A stretch of DNA of 64,000 nucleotides. Source: Adineta vaga. Lineage: Eukaryota; Animalia; Rotifera. The translations under genes and the position numbers were made by a program. Below the pieces are notes generated by a model. That model saw nothing but the letters and a program-made list of their open reading frames with translations. It was not told the DNA's origin and searched no databases. Below are positions 26,403 to 39,784 of the stretch, piece after piece. The number at the start of each line of letters is the position of its first letter. Within the stretch, counting starts at the first letter, position 1. The DNA is taken from the NCBI GenBank assembly GCA_021613535.1, contig CP075493.1:16926001-16990000 (forward strand). The letters are read 5' to 3'.

Positions 26403-26977
26403 CTCAATCTAAAAAATAATTTAATCTTATTACACTTAAGTGTTACTTGAAAAGAACGAAACTCGATATAATTACTACTAAAGATCCTATTACATATTAT
26501 AAAAACTCTTTTCATTTGTCTTCATATAGATTTATTGATGTAGAGTGACTTGATATCTTTTACCATTTGATTGTCATTCTTAAAAAACATTAGTTAGATT
26601 GTCTGAATTGAAAAAAAAACGTATAACTAGTCCATTATTTATTGACATGAAAAATATTTTCTATTCATAATCAAATATTACTTTCTAATCATTTGTTTAC
26701 TCTTTCTCCTATACACTTCGAGCACATTATTAGCTCTTCTCTTTCCTTTCATATACTGTTTTTCTCCTCAGTAGCGATGTAAAACTAACTTCGTAATTAT
26801 GAGGCCGTGCATTGAAGCGAATACCCAACATATTTTATACACTTAAACGCTACACAAAAGATATTAAACTCAATCGATGAAAGATGCGTTTCATTTCGTA
26901 CGAAATGGCATTCCAACAACAACTATTCACTATGTATATTATAATGAAAAAGCGTTCTAATTTCGCAAATAAAAAGT

Positions 26978-27540
26978 TTGACGAAGGGGGCATCGCCCAC
27001 CGAAACGTCACAAAATAATCATCTACGCAGAGAGAACGACAGCAATTGCTCGAAAATTAGAACAATTATATCAGAAAACAGTAAAACTTGAATAGCAAAT
27101 ACAGTTTTTAAATAAATGCAAGAGATACGATCTTATTCTACAAGGAATGAATTTAAAGAACGTAACGATGATAAACAAAAATCTACGAATTCTTCATAAT
27201 ACAACTATAAAAATAAGAAACAACACTCTTGAATTTAAGTATAAACAATTGAGATTTAACAATACAGGTATAATAACACCCGAGAAGATATTACAAATCT
27301 ACATGATGAGAAACAATCAGCATAGAAATCACCAACATGATTTAATTTGGATAAATACAAATGATCAATGTATCAAGGATAAAATCATAAGAAAAATAAG
27401 AGAAAGATTGCTGAATTAATACGAATGCAGCAACTAAAGTTAAAGACAAAAACAAATAATATGAACAAAACATCACATATAATTAATATGTCAGATGTAC
27501 AATTGAATAATATCCAAAGAAGAGTATTAGAAAAGGGTTA
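26978..27540 (+). mobile_element. Degenerate Penelope-like retroelement fragment with minimal hammerhead-like motif
   Basis: tTGACGA-stem-CGAAACgtc at 26978-27009, followed by an A-rich decayed ORF ending INMSDVQLNNIQRRVLEKGL, which resembles the pre-RT region of PLEs. Confidence 0.45.
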
Positions 27541-27576
27541 AAAGGACGGGAGCCTTTAAGGCCATAAATCGGCCCA

Positions 27577-28802
27577 CCCAGGTCCACCAATCCCATAATC
27601 GGATCCTATTAACTTTGTCCGATAATATCACATATCAAGGAACCGATCGAATCCTAGTAACGTGAACCCATGATTTCTAACGATTTCCACCATACACTCC
27701 GACAAAATCCAACGAATTCCGAAATAAATCTTAAAATGAATATTATGAACAACCCAAAATACGTATTAAATGAGCGTGAAACACTATTCAAACTATGTCG
27801 CGCTGTTTATGAATATATATTACCTAACTCCCAGTAAAATTCATATTTTTAAACCCTTCACATTTTAAGCAGACCGTATTTTTCTTATTTCATACCCCAT
27901 AACTCCATCAGAAAGTATCATAAGCAAAAATCTACGGCATCCACCACCTTGACAACTACAGTGACAGCAACAGCGATCGTTATACAAAAACTACACATAG
28001 CACAACAACAGATATTCTCTTTAGTCGTATTCGATAATTAGAAATCCCCACCAAAAACATCTGCGTAGCTAATATGGCTGCATGCTTCGTGCTTTCTTCA
28101 AAGCAACACTACCTACTGACGTACAAATACTTCTTATGAAACTAATTACCACTGTCAAACATTCCCAACAACTTAGAAAGACATGCCCAAAAGAAACACA
28201 AACATAAACTCACATTTCTACCTATATTTCCCGGAAAATGCTTAGTTTCCACCTACACACTCGGTTAATTCCCATCAAAACAACTTTGACATTGACTTTC
28301 TTTCCCACATCTCATCTCATACGATTCCGACACCCACAAAAATAATTCACATTCCTCCATCTCTTCTTTAAGCCACTATACAAACTACATAATGAGCTTT
28401 TCATCCTAAATCAGCCCAAACGAAATATACTCTAATCGAGCATATACGAAATATAAGTGACGGATTTTAAATCTAAAAGAAATCCACAAATATCCTACGA
28501 GACAGATATGAAATGAATAACTGAAGGATTTTCAATCCGAGAAAACCCCAAAGAAATTATGTATTTGCAGATTTTTTAATTCATCGGATGTTATCGGAAG
28601 TGTATTCAATTCCGTCGCCAGGAATCCTATAGAATTCTGTCGGATCATCAGTTCCGATCGGATCTGACATCGGATTGGTTGACCTCCCATGTCCCCAAAA
28701 TCACAATGATTTTAACGATTAATCACGATTAAATGGTCAAAATTGCGATAAATCTCACAATTAATAGCTCAAACCATGGCGATTTTGAGAAGATGTGCTG
28801 GG
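27577..28802. mobile_element. Compound CCC..GGG-ended (CACTA/EnSpm-like) non-autonomous insertion with CA target duplication
   Basis: ggccCA[cccag...ctggg]CActcact versus the empty site ggcccactcact in arm L (reverse complement of 12591-12602). Internal TIR aggtc.accaatcc near 27580 and 28672-28685. Confidence 0.65.
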
Positions 28803-30108
28803 CACTCACTTTTCGTCGGCGGAAACCTTTACAAACTATATACATCGATAGATTTCGATTCGGAGAACACTCCACAATGATTTTTGTTGTTTCCAACATA
28901 CATATTTTAGCGCAAATTAGGTCTCACTTATATCTAGTGTTTCAGTGCAATTTTCATAATTTTCCATATTCGATACTCGGCTTATGCATGCATATTTTGA
29001 AGGAATACTACTTGCACACTCACACAAAATTCAAAGAACAATGCCACCATACACAATAATTCAGATTTGTCAGATTCTAAAGTAATACAAGTAAGTAACA
29101 GAGGTAGTTTCTCGAATTACCACCTCTTCATAGTCTCATAGGATGATTGATAACCTAGCATTTGCATATTATCTCGAGAAAACAAAATACCTATTTCTGA
29201 AATTTCTACTGGAGTTACATCTCATATAGATCTTCAAACTCTGAAGAGGATGTCATAGTCTACGGGTTTAGTTACTTGACATATAGTTGATCGTACTACT
29301 TTTTATACCATATTTCCTATATTTTTTTAACAAGTTTGGACAGATTTCGACCTGCTTTGTCATACAAGTCCTCTAAATTAATAGCGTATATGAAATCAGA
29401 GTAAAAACTGAGGCGATCTGACTATGTTACAAGTGCAGCTATCGATATTTGTTTTTCGCAGAAAAACTGCCACTTGCTGCCCCTCAAGACTCAGCCTGAA
29501 ACGTATTTAGAATAAAACTCGAATTGAATGGTGGAAAGCAAGATAAAATTGAGTCAGATTTGATTAGTAATGAAAACTAAGTCGAAATGAACGCTATTAG
29601 TTTATGGGACTTGTATGACAAAGTAGGCCGAAATGTGTCAAAACTTGTCAAAAAGCTTCTGAGCGCAGCTCCTTTCGAGCTAAAGTATGGAACTCACATT
29701 GCTTATTTTTTAGCAATTTCTGAACTCGAAAGTGTTTTATTGCTAAGAATACATCCACAAAATCTTGATTAAAATTATGAGTATGAATTGGATAAATCAT
29801 TACGAATCCAGCTATGTTTAGGAAAAAAGTTTTTTTGAGGGTATGGGTGGGATTGACATGTAAATATGCTACCCTCACCTGCATTCACACCATCAGTCTC
29901 ACTCACTCTATGCGATTTTCGCTCACGTTGAACTGGAGGCGAAGAATTTGCCTGCTTAACGTAAGCCAATTTTTGAGAAATTTCCTTCACGGCCGAGGGT
30001 AAGCGCACACAGAAGATTCGGCACTTCTGCCTCACTCGTTTCTTCGTGCCTTCATCGGAAATGGTTCACGATGCCTTGTGTATATTGAATACATGTGTCT
30101 AATAGTTC

Positions 30109-30710
30109 GTCGACTGTAAGGAGGGTCATATAAAAAAGAATAGTTTGTTTGTCTGTGGGTTTGTGTCAAGGTCAAAGGCAACAAAAGAAATCAGTTAAAG
30201 GGCGTCCGAAATCGTGGATGTGGGTATAGAGATGGGTGTTGGGTGAAATTGATTTAACGAAAAAAAGTGAATATTCTGTTTTCGAGAGTTAATACATATT
30301 TCAAAAATGACATGAGAGCCATTTCTCGTATTTTGACCCTTTCCTGCCCTTTGGGCGCTATAGCGTCCACTTTATAAAAATTTGATTCTTTTGAAGTAAG
30401 AGACATTTAAAGACCGATTTCATATCAACTTAAAACCTATCAATTGTGGACTTAAAACCAATAATTTGAATCCTATTTTTATCATAAAAGTATTGTTTTT
30501 AGTGTTCGTTGAATACTTAAAATGGACGTTTGACGGATCTGGTTCAAACTTTTCGAGCGAGTATGGGTGGTCAGAAGGCTAATGTTGCTATGCGAATTGC
30601 TCTTTCAAACTGTCAAGTCTAGCCAAAGGCAAGAAAGGGTTAAGTTTCCAGATCAATTCATCTCACTATTGAGTCAAGCTGAAAATACCCGTCCTCCACA
30701 GTCGAGGGTT
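30109..30710 (+). mobile_element. HINE-like Helentron derivative (mirror copy)
   Basis: Mirror of 10679-11292. Confidence 0.55.
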
Positions 30711-30914
30711 CAGTGAGTCGGCCCAACGAGCGTTACTTGTTCTGTATGTTCGCTATGCATTTGAAGGCTGTTCAAGCAAATGCAATGAAACTTTCCAGAA
30801 ATAGTCTCTACATCCAGGGGAAGGTCGACGTCTACTTTGTTCCGAAAACAATGAATCCTGTGCTTGCTACAGACAATATATGAAACTGATCAGTAGGATT
30901 GCAGCATTTCAAAA

Positions 30915-31625
30915 TCTTTATATATAAAGAAGAAAGTTTGTTTGTCTGTCTGTCTGTTCGCGATGCATTCAGTCCCTGTAATAGATAACATTCCCAGACT
31001 TTCCACAATGCTTCTCTAGGTCCATAGAAAGGTCGACATGGGGTTAGAATGGTCACCGAGGGATGAGGGGAGGGTAGTTGATGTCTGCATCCAAGCTGGA
31101 CAACTGCAATGCCTGGTTTGGGTTCTCAGAAAAAACTGAATCTGGAGTGAAATGACTACTTTACCTGTGTGGAGTCGAAGCGAAGGTTATAAACTAGAGA
31201 ATGACTTGCAGCGAGCGTCTGAGAATAGGTAGATCTACCGAGAGGTGGTAGTTGCAGCGGGACAGTGGGTGTAGATTTAAAAGGAACATAGCTGTATGTC
31301 GTATGTATAGCGAAGCAAGACCAGTAGGAAAGCACTGATGAAGAGATGCGAAAAGTTCTGAAAAAAAGACCTGACGCATGACGCGAAAAGGGATATAGCA
31401 GGGTTTCAGTACGGAGGAGAAAGACATGTGAAAGACAGGTAACTCACGCTGAATGGCGACCTGAAGGATTACAGTAGCTAAGGTAGGACAGGAAAGGAGG
31501 GTGTGAGGATCTTCTGATACACGACGGGTAAACACCAACGGAGAGGTTCGTTGTTTGGTGAGAAAAGCACTGTTGTAGATGAAAAACGTAAATTGCGTCC
31601 TCTTTGCAGCGGGTGTCTCCGCTAG
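30915..31625 (+). mobile_element. Non-autonomous Helitron (mirror copy)
   Basis: A|TC ... hairpin-CTAG|T; mirror of 9764-10474. Confidence 0.8.
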
Positions 31626-34600
31626 TATGGTCTAAAAGACAGTACAATCAACTATATGTCAAATGGCCAACCTCGTCGACTGTGACATCCTCTTCAGAGT
31701 TTGAAGATCTATATGAGATGTAACTCCAGTAGAAATTTCAGAAATAGGTATTTTGTTTTCTCGAGATAATGTGCAAATGCTAGGTTATCAATCATCCTAT
31801 GAGACTATGAAGAGGTGGTAATTCGAGAAACTACCTCTGTTACTTACTTGTATTACTTTAGAATCTGACAAATCTGAATTATTGTGTATGGTGGCATTGT
31901 TCTTTGAATTTTGTGTGAGTGTGCAAGTAGTATTCCTTCAAAATATGCATGCATAAGCCGAGTATCGAATATGGAAAATTATGAAAATTGCACTGAAACA
32001 CTAGATATAAGTGAGACCTAATTTGCGCTAAAATATGTATGTTGGAAACAACAACAATCGTTGTGGAGTGTTCTCCGAATCGAAATCTATCGGTGTATAT
32101 AGTTTCTAAAGGATTCCGACGACAAAAAGTGAGTGGGACGATTGACGGCCCCGTCCTTCGGTGTTTCCCTCTGAAGAGTTCCATATGTGAAGGTGATGTT
32201 TGTCTATTAACTGGCTAAACGGACTAAAAGAAGTAATGGGAAGAACGGAACCAAAAGGATTCAAAGGAATAATGGGATTAAAGGAAGGAAAAGAAGTAGA
32301 ATGGGTAGAGAACATTAAAGGAATCTGTGCTCTATGTCTTTTACAACTAAAAGTAGAAATATATGTTTCTACTTTTTCGTGGAGCCATCAGTCGCAGACT
32401 GAAGTGCACTTACCTGTAATTGAGCACTCGCAATCCACTTTCTCACACTCACACTCACACTCATATTTATCTTTATTCTTCAAAATATAAATAATACGAA
32501 ACCACTGTTGCACACGTACATAAAACTAGAGACGTGTCTTGCGTACAAATACGTATGTTGGTTGAGGGTGTGGGTGAGTGTTGAGCTGCATATAACCTTC
32601 ATTTTTGACTGCATCTAGAGAGAAAGTGTATGTATTAAAGTATGCCTGTATGTTTGTTGAAAAAGTACAATGATAGAAAAAGAGAAAAATCCTGTGTATG
32701 AGAATGATACAAATCAATAATCGTCTTCATTTTTTTTATTATTGATTAAATTGTAAGAAAGCTTTACTCTATATGACAGGATATTTGAGGGAATACAATT
32801 TTGTGGCCAAAAAGAAAGCGAACAGAGTGAAAAACTTGTACACTACGTCAGCCGAACTTATGATATAACTGAAATATTGATGCTTTTTGATCGATGTGAA
32901 ACTAGCACGATGATCAATCAGAATCTACTAAAACAATCGATCAATGGCAATGCATCCATATTTCACCATAACGAATCCATAGAATACCAACAAAAATTCT
33001 TAGCTACCATTATCCTATTAATTTCAATCATTTTCTTGGAATAACTCACAGAAATATCAGACCCAAATACTATTCCTGGTGCAAACCCAAACGCTCCAAT
33101 CTTTCCTGATCCGACTACTGATTCACTGAAATCGATTTAGAGAGTCAAACGGAGTACGATCAGCACATAAATGACACTCCAGGCGATTCGCGATTCAATT
33201 CTTCATCGCTTTGAGCACTATCAGATTACCGGAAAAACTTCTAAAACTCAAATTTTTCTTCAATTCAATTACTTCACATTGCACGTTCCCATCTCATATA
33301 AACAAAATACAATATCTCTGCTTTTCTATTGACGTTCTCCCCTGATTAGGAGTACAATCAATAGATACAAAATCAAATTCACTATCAATCAAAGGTGCTG
33401 TCAGCGACAGAAATATAATCTGAGAAGAGACACTTTCTCTCTCTTTCTCCCTCTTCCTTATCATCCATCAGAACACATACGTATATGTACCAAGATGAAT
33501 GAAATAATGGAAGGTAGATGTGCATGAGATGTTTTCCCGTCCATCGCAACAGCTTCATTCGATACAGAATATAATTATCTATCGAGTGAAAGTGTTGTTG
33601 ACGATGGGAAGACGCTATAAAGGGAAAAGTGTCTTTCCTAATCAGTCATTGAATATCGTTTGTACACGTTATACAAGAAAAAATATACGAATTTTTCTCT
33701 GTTGAGTAGTTTGTCGGATGATTGTGAGTAACAATGTTCGATAGAGAATTGAATTCGGCATTGAATGATTTATTATCTCGGCCAAAGACATATTTGCTTA
33801 TGGTTGAAGGATACGAGAGAAATCCATCGAGTATTAAATGGGCAAGAGTATGTTAAGTTTTTGTGAGCATTTTCCCTCTCTATGAAGTTTTTCTAGGGAA
33901 AGAAGATCCATTCCCTAACTTCCATAATGAGGTTTTATGATTTTGAATATTTTATCGATCTGTTTATGACCAATAGGATAGTTTTTCTCGGCGTGCTAGC
34001 TTCACATCGATTTCATTTTTCCAATTTCTTCAGTCCGCGCAATCAAATATTTCATTTTTCTTTCTATAGAGGGCAACGAAGGAAAAAGAGAAATGAAACC
34101 ATGTTATCTAACATATCGTTAGTCATTTTCGTATGTTGAAAAGGAGGCCGATTCTAAAATCAATTTGGATGTCCGATCGTTTACATAAATACTCTCGAAA
34201 ATACAAACTGATTGTTATCAAACTTTTTTGCCGAGATTTATCTGATCAATAGCTCTATTGAGCACCAACATGAAAGAGATCGACTGTGGGTCTACTTAGT
34301 TCCCTCAAAATAATATCTTTTTCCACTCATATCTGTCTTACGAGGTCAGAGATCAATGAAGTATCTCACCAAAAGTTTCATTGTATACTAGCGAAGATAC
34401 TCGCTAATGATTGATAAACATCCACATTGAGAACTTCGTATGTCAAAGTACAGTAGCATATGGTATGTATAGAGAAATGAGGTTAGAGATTTTGAATCTG
34501 TAGCCATCGCATGTCCTGTTTTGCTTATCCGATGTTGATAACTCCGACTGCAAGTGGCCAGTGAGGATGTGGGTCTGAGTGTCTCATTGGCCTTCATCTA

Positions 34601-36753
34601 TTCAAACTCACGCTTTCTAGTGATGGAATCAGGATTTAGTGGCAAAGAAGGTGAACTTATACTCAGCATAGTTTGCTAATGATGTTATATGTGTTTGGTC
34701 AAAACCTCTATCAGTTTCCAGAGCATGCTACCAATTATTGAACATTTTTAAAATAATTTTTGATAGGCCATAAAAATGTGCTAAACTCCGATAAGAATTC
34801 AAGTGTTGTGCATACTTCAAAAAGTGAAAGTAATCTGATCTGAAACTGAATTTCCTCGCACTCTCTAGAAAAATAAGATTGAATTGCATGCGGGATGACA
34901 CCTCGCTGCGTATTTGAATGTGCCCAAAAGATGACCGTCGAGCTAAATAGTCTTTCACAGGTAAACACCACTTTTGCTTGTCGAACCCAAGTTATATATC
35001 ATCGTACTTCACAAAAATATAGTTCGTTTATGAAAAAGTGGTGTTTAGTAATAAATGTTTCATCCACTCGTTTATTACCTTAATATAAATGATCTTGTTT
35101 TTTTCGAAACTTCAACTTACGAAGACTTGAGAATCTCTAATTATGCACCTCTGTAGCACCCAAGTACTTAATCCTTGGGTGCCGAATGTTCATTGGAGTG
35201 GACATTGTTATGATTGCAATAAGAAATCAATATTTTTCTGGTTCAAAAGGATCTTGAAGACAATTCTGGGATCAAATTTTAATTCTTAAGCAATTATTAG
35301 ATAGAGTAATAGGCTTTACAGTGCCCTGAAATTTTCGGCACCAAAGTTCGTTTCCTATTCGAGATACAGAATTTTTCACAATTTGGTTGATTTTGTTACG
35401 TGCCAAATATCTTAGGAAAGAAGCGTTTCTTTTGCGTAAAAGTTTCAGAATGAGTTGACGATTATGCAGTCTACTTATAGGCAAAATTCAGATGAAAATA
35501 AGTATTCTTCAGCCCTTTAAAAGATCGGATAAGATTCGTAAAGTGCACTTTGTATCTCGGCCAGAAAAGCAGGTTCCATTTTTTAGCGATAGTCTGAGTA
35601 TACTGAGGGTCCATAGTTTCTATTTTTGTGACTAGCTTTCTCCTATCGTACAGAAGCGCCTTCGCCTCTTAAGAATGAAAGGGAAGCTCAAAATTACTAT
35701 TAAAGTATACCACTGGGGATTGTGAGACTATCGCCATAGTATAGCCTTTGGCGATCCAAGGGCAACTGCAGTATATAGTAAAATCTTCGATTAAACCTTC
35801 ACAGTTAGCTTCTTCGGAAATATGTTTTTTTAATATTTGATCTTTTATCCATGGGGCAAAGATATAGGGAAATAGGGAACTTTTTTTCTGTAAGTTAGCA
35901 AGTTTACGACCGATTGTTCTTATCTTCGAACTCGATCAAGATATTGAAAAGACAAAGCTGATCAGTAAAGTTTAGTGGCAATGGGTTTCTATTTTCAAGA
36001 GCTATCATGTGAACAGGCGGGTGCCCAAATATACTGACCGATTTTAGAGTGCACTTGCGTTTTCAGAACACTAAAACTGTTCTGACGGTATAGTATATTG
36101 CAAGATAGTATATCGTGAATCTGAGACGATGATAAAATACAGTATGCTCTTAATCTACGGTGTACAAAGCACCGTTTATTTTCACATTTGTAAAAAATAG
36201 AGTTTGTCTTCGATGCACACACTTCTCGTATTCACCTGCAATATACAGTCAATGCTTGTGAACTTCCGTATCCTTCAACAGATGTAACCTAACAAAAAAA
36301 ATATTTAATTCCGCAGCAATAAGGATAATCATTCGGAACTCATGCGATTGGATACAATATTTGATGGATGAAGTGGGATTTTTAGAACAACGAAAAACAG
36401 ACTCCAACCAACGTTTTTCCTTTTCTCTTCGTCAGACAAAAACAATTCCAAAGATGTCAAGAGCAAAATAAAGAAAACGAACTTACCCTCTCTCAGAATA
36501 AACCACCGACGTGCATTAAATGTTGGTCATCTAAGAACTAACAACAACACACGATATTCCAGTAATGATCTGTATACCAGGAGTATCCACGAATGTCAAC
36601 TTAAGTTTCATTCAAAATGTAAGAGATACCAACATTGACTTTCCCAGTACTATAAAGAGGTACATTGGATAACCAATGATAAAATTATCTACTTACATTG
36701 TGTGTGATAAACATAGCACAATAAACACGACCAATTTGGAAGAAGAATGGAAG

Positions 36754-36940
36754 TATATCTAGTGCCGTCGTCAACTCAATCTATGTGCGGACACTCGGAT
36801 GTAGCCAGTGCCGTCTTCAACTTATTCTATGTGCGGACACTCGGATGTAGCCAGTGCCGTCTTCAACTTATTCTATGTGCGGACACTCGGATGTAGCCAG
36901 TGCCGTCTTCAACCTATTCTATATACGGACACTAGATATA
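36754..36940. repeat. 46-bp minisatellite (~3.7 units), mirror copy
   Basis: Three units fewer than 4311-4635. Confidence 0.9.
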
Positions 36941-39178
36941 TCCAACGAATATTCGAAGCTGCAAGTGTTGCTATTTCAGAACATTCTTGCTCAGATGATC
37001 TTTGAAATTGTTAATGTTGTTGTTTCTTGGCGGTTGTTTGATTAGTGCTTGATACCTTTTACACACACATCTATTTGGCGAGTGTCGGTTCTCGAACATT
37101 AATCACATTTGTTCGATAGTATTTTTTTTCTTCTTCTGTTATCATCGTTTTGGATAAATATTGATTGTTATTCATGTTTGTTTAAAACAAATCCGCCCCA
37201 GATTCGCTGTTCTATTGGAATTCAGCATGTTAAATTATTGTATTGAATTCGATGATGGTAGAGGCAATAACTATTCTTTTTAAACAAATCGTGAAACGTA
37301 TTTGTCCATCGAAGCTATGAAATTATGAGAAAAAAAGTGCAAGTATGCATAAATAACACTGCAATCGTCGTTATATCGATAGAAATTATGTACAACACGT
37401 TGATTTTAAACGTAGGAAAAGCAGTGAAGTGTAACTAAAATTTCGAAAGTGAATGCATGTGCACATTACGAACGAAGCAAAAGAAAGGTGTACAAAAAAT
37501 ATTTTATCAGTAAAAACGAGTAACACATTAGCTGTGATACTAATATTCAAGAAAATTCAGGCTTAACGATGGCTACTAATATAATATAGCTCAAGCCAAA
37601 ATGAATCAAAGCTATATATAGTGCGTTCAAAACGTTTTCGGGCTGATTCTATTTGAAAACAATAAGAAACGTTGTTGCACTTGTCTTGTTGTCTGCGCAT
37701 AATCTACGCAGTTCTCTATCTGTAGGCATCATAAACTCACGAAAAAGATATCCAAGTGGGAATCTCAGTTTTAAATGAGATGAAGATCAGTTTATAGAGT
37801 TCGAAGAGATAATTCTCGTGGTATGTTCCATTTTTATACATCGGTCCAGTAACGGCACGACTAGGGGAAGACAGGGGAGCTTCTGCTTTCAAAAAATTCA
37901 AGTGGTATTTTCCTGCCATTTCTGGTATTAATTTCTCTCATTTTCAGAGAAAAGATCTCTAACGTGATCTCTTTTGATGAGGATGTATATTTTTAATTTC
38001 GTTCGATTTCATAGCAAGTATATTTTAGACTGGTCGTAGGATTTAGCTGATTTCTGTTCTTGTAGATATTTTTGTTTTTTCAAAAAATACCTTTAATTAA
38101 ATACACTAATGGACAAGTGAAATAATATAATCCTTTTTGTTATGTATATATATATATATTATCGTTGTGGTTCCTCATTTCACAAGCGATGTTTGAAATT
38201 TCCTCTCATTTTGCAAAATAACTTCCCTGCTTTTTATCTCTTCCCACCGCCCTTGCATACATCTTTGGCTCAAAGAAACCGATTAATCTTAATAATGATT
38301 TTCCTCGTTTTAGATAAATCTTAAGACATTTGTTCGAAACATTAGATTTAAAGAGTATTTTGGTCCCAAATCATCATATTAAAACATCCTCATTGTGGCA
38401 TCTGTCATCTTGCAGTGCTTCTCAATCAAATATATTTCAAGACTTCCTACTGTTATAACATCATAGTGTAATACTATACTGAAGAATTAGAATAAAAATA
38501 CTTGTCTATATTCTATTGCTATAGATTCATGTACATATTTGTTGTTTTTTTTCATATTTCCTAATACATCCCACTCCGATCTCTTCCTTTTTCTTTTCTG
38601 TTCTTTTCTCATGTCAAAATACTTCTATCATTTTCGAACATTTTCGAGTTTGTTCTTTCAAGTTTTATTACATCAATATTTATATATCAGAAGGTATTAG
38701 AAAAGTTAAGTGTTTATTGTATAAATTTCTCAGAAAAAGATGCATTGATCGGAGCCAACCTGCTTATCGTATAGAAAAGAAGGTGTCCAATAGTGGCAGT
38801 TTTCAGTTAGAGGCAAATAATTCTATTTAATTTTCTGATGTGAGTGATTTTGGTCCGAACTATAGTATCAAAATCGAAGATAACGACGAGTAACAAGCCG
38901 TTGAAAATCATCAGTTCAGTTCAGAATATATGCATAAGGTCGCTGATTTCACTCGTTTAGCTGTCGCTTACCAAACACTAGAAGATGCGTACGGATGACT
39001 AGCACATTCTATGCAAATGACAAAATTCCGAGAGTATGTTGCAAGTAATAGAAGCCGCCGACAAAAAACTGAACTGTATAGAAAACTTTCAACTGAGTGA
39101 GTGCAGATTTACTCGTGATATTAATTTACGTGTGTACGACATCAGCTACAGCGATAAACATCATCTCAAGCAAATATA

Positions 39179-39784
39179 GAGGGTGTGGGTGGGGTGTGAC
39201 GATTTTTTTCTCTTAGGAACCCTCTTCAAAAACTACATCATTCGATAGAGAATTAAATTCTGCAACCTACACAACCTTTTCGAAGACCACCACAAGTTTA
39301 TAGGGGAATCCTGACAAAAAATACTCGAATATGGTGCTAACTTTATCTACGTTATTGTTTGCGTCTTTTACTTTGATACAAATAAACTTAATTGAACTCG
39401 TAACGCTATATTTTATGTTAATCGATTACTAACATCTTTCTATCATATTTGATTAGAAAGAGATATAAGAAGAAATATTTCGTTACAGACAAAATATTAG
39501 TTTTGGTTCTAAACAACAAGAAACATACAATACCTTTTACATTTATGTAAAATAATATACCAATGTATACGAAAAGCGCGATATGTTTTCGAAAATGTAA
39601 AAAAAGCTAATATAAAATGGGCTCTTATGCTTCAGGAACGACATGATTGAGTAAGAAAAGTAGTAATATCCCTGTTTTCAAGCTAAACTGAAATCTATAA
39701 ACACTATTCTAACAATTTATCTTCATAATAACTAAAGTTTCATAAATGGAGAAAAAGAGCATTGTTTGAGTATTTGTTAATTTA
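39179..39784 (+). repeat. ~605 bp direct repeat, copy 1 (left part of a TIR element extending to ~40190)
   Basis: Matches 49209-49815 at offset ~10031. A diverged inverted copy lies at ~40060-40175 and a partial direct copy at 40198-40380. Confidence 0.9.

Larger units (their letters stand above)
28803..39180 (-). repeat. Right arm of giant inverted repeat
   Basis: Mirror of 2071-12598. It is 150 bp shorter, which is explained by tandem-unit differences (138+12). Confidence 0.97.

Noticed and set aside
2071-39180. Maverick/Polinton, Starship or Terminon assignment
   Set aside because: No polB, integrase, capsid, tyrosine recombinase or intact RT, and no TSD. The arms are TE mosaics far longer than typical TIRs.
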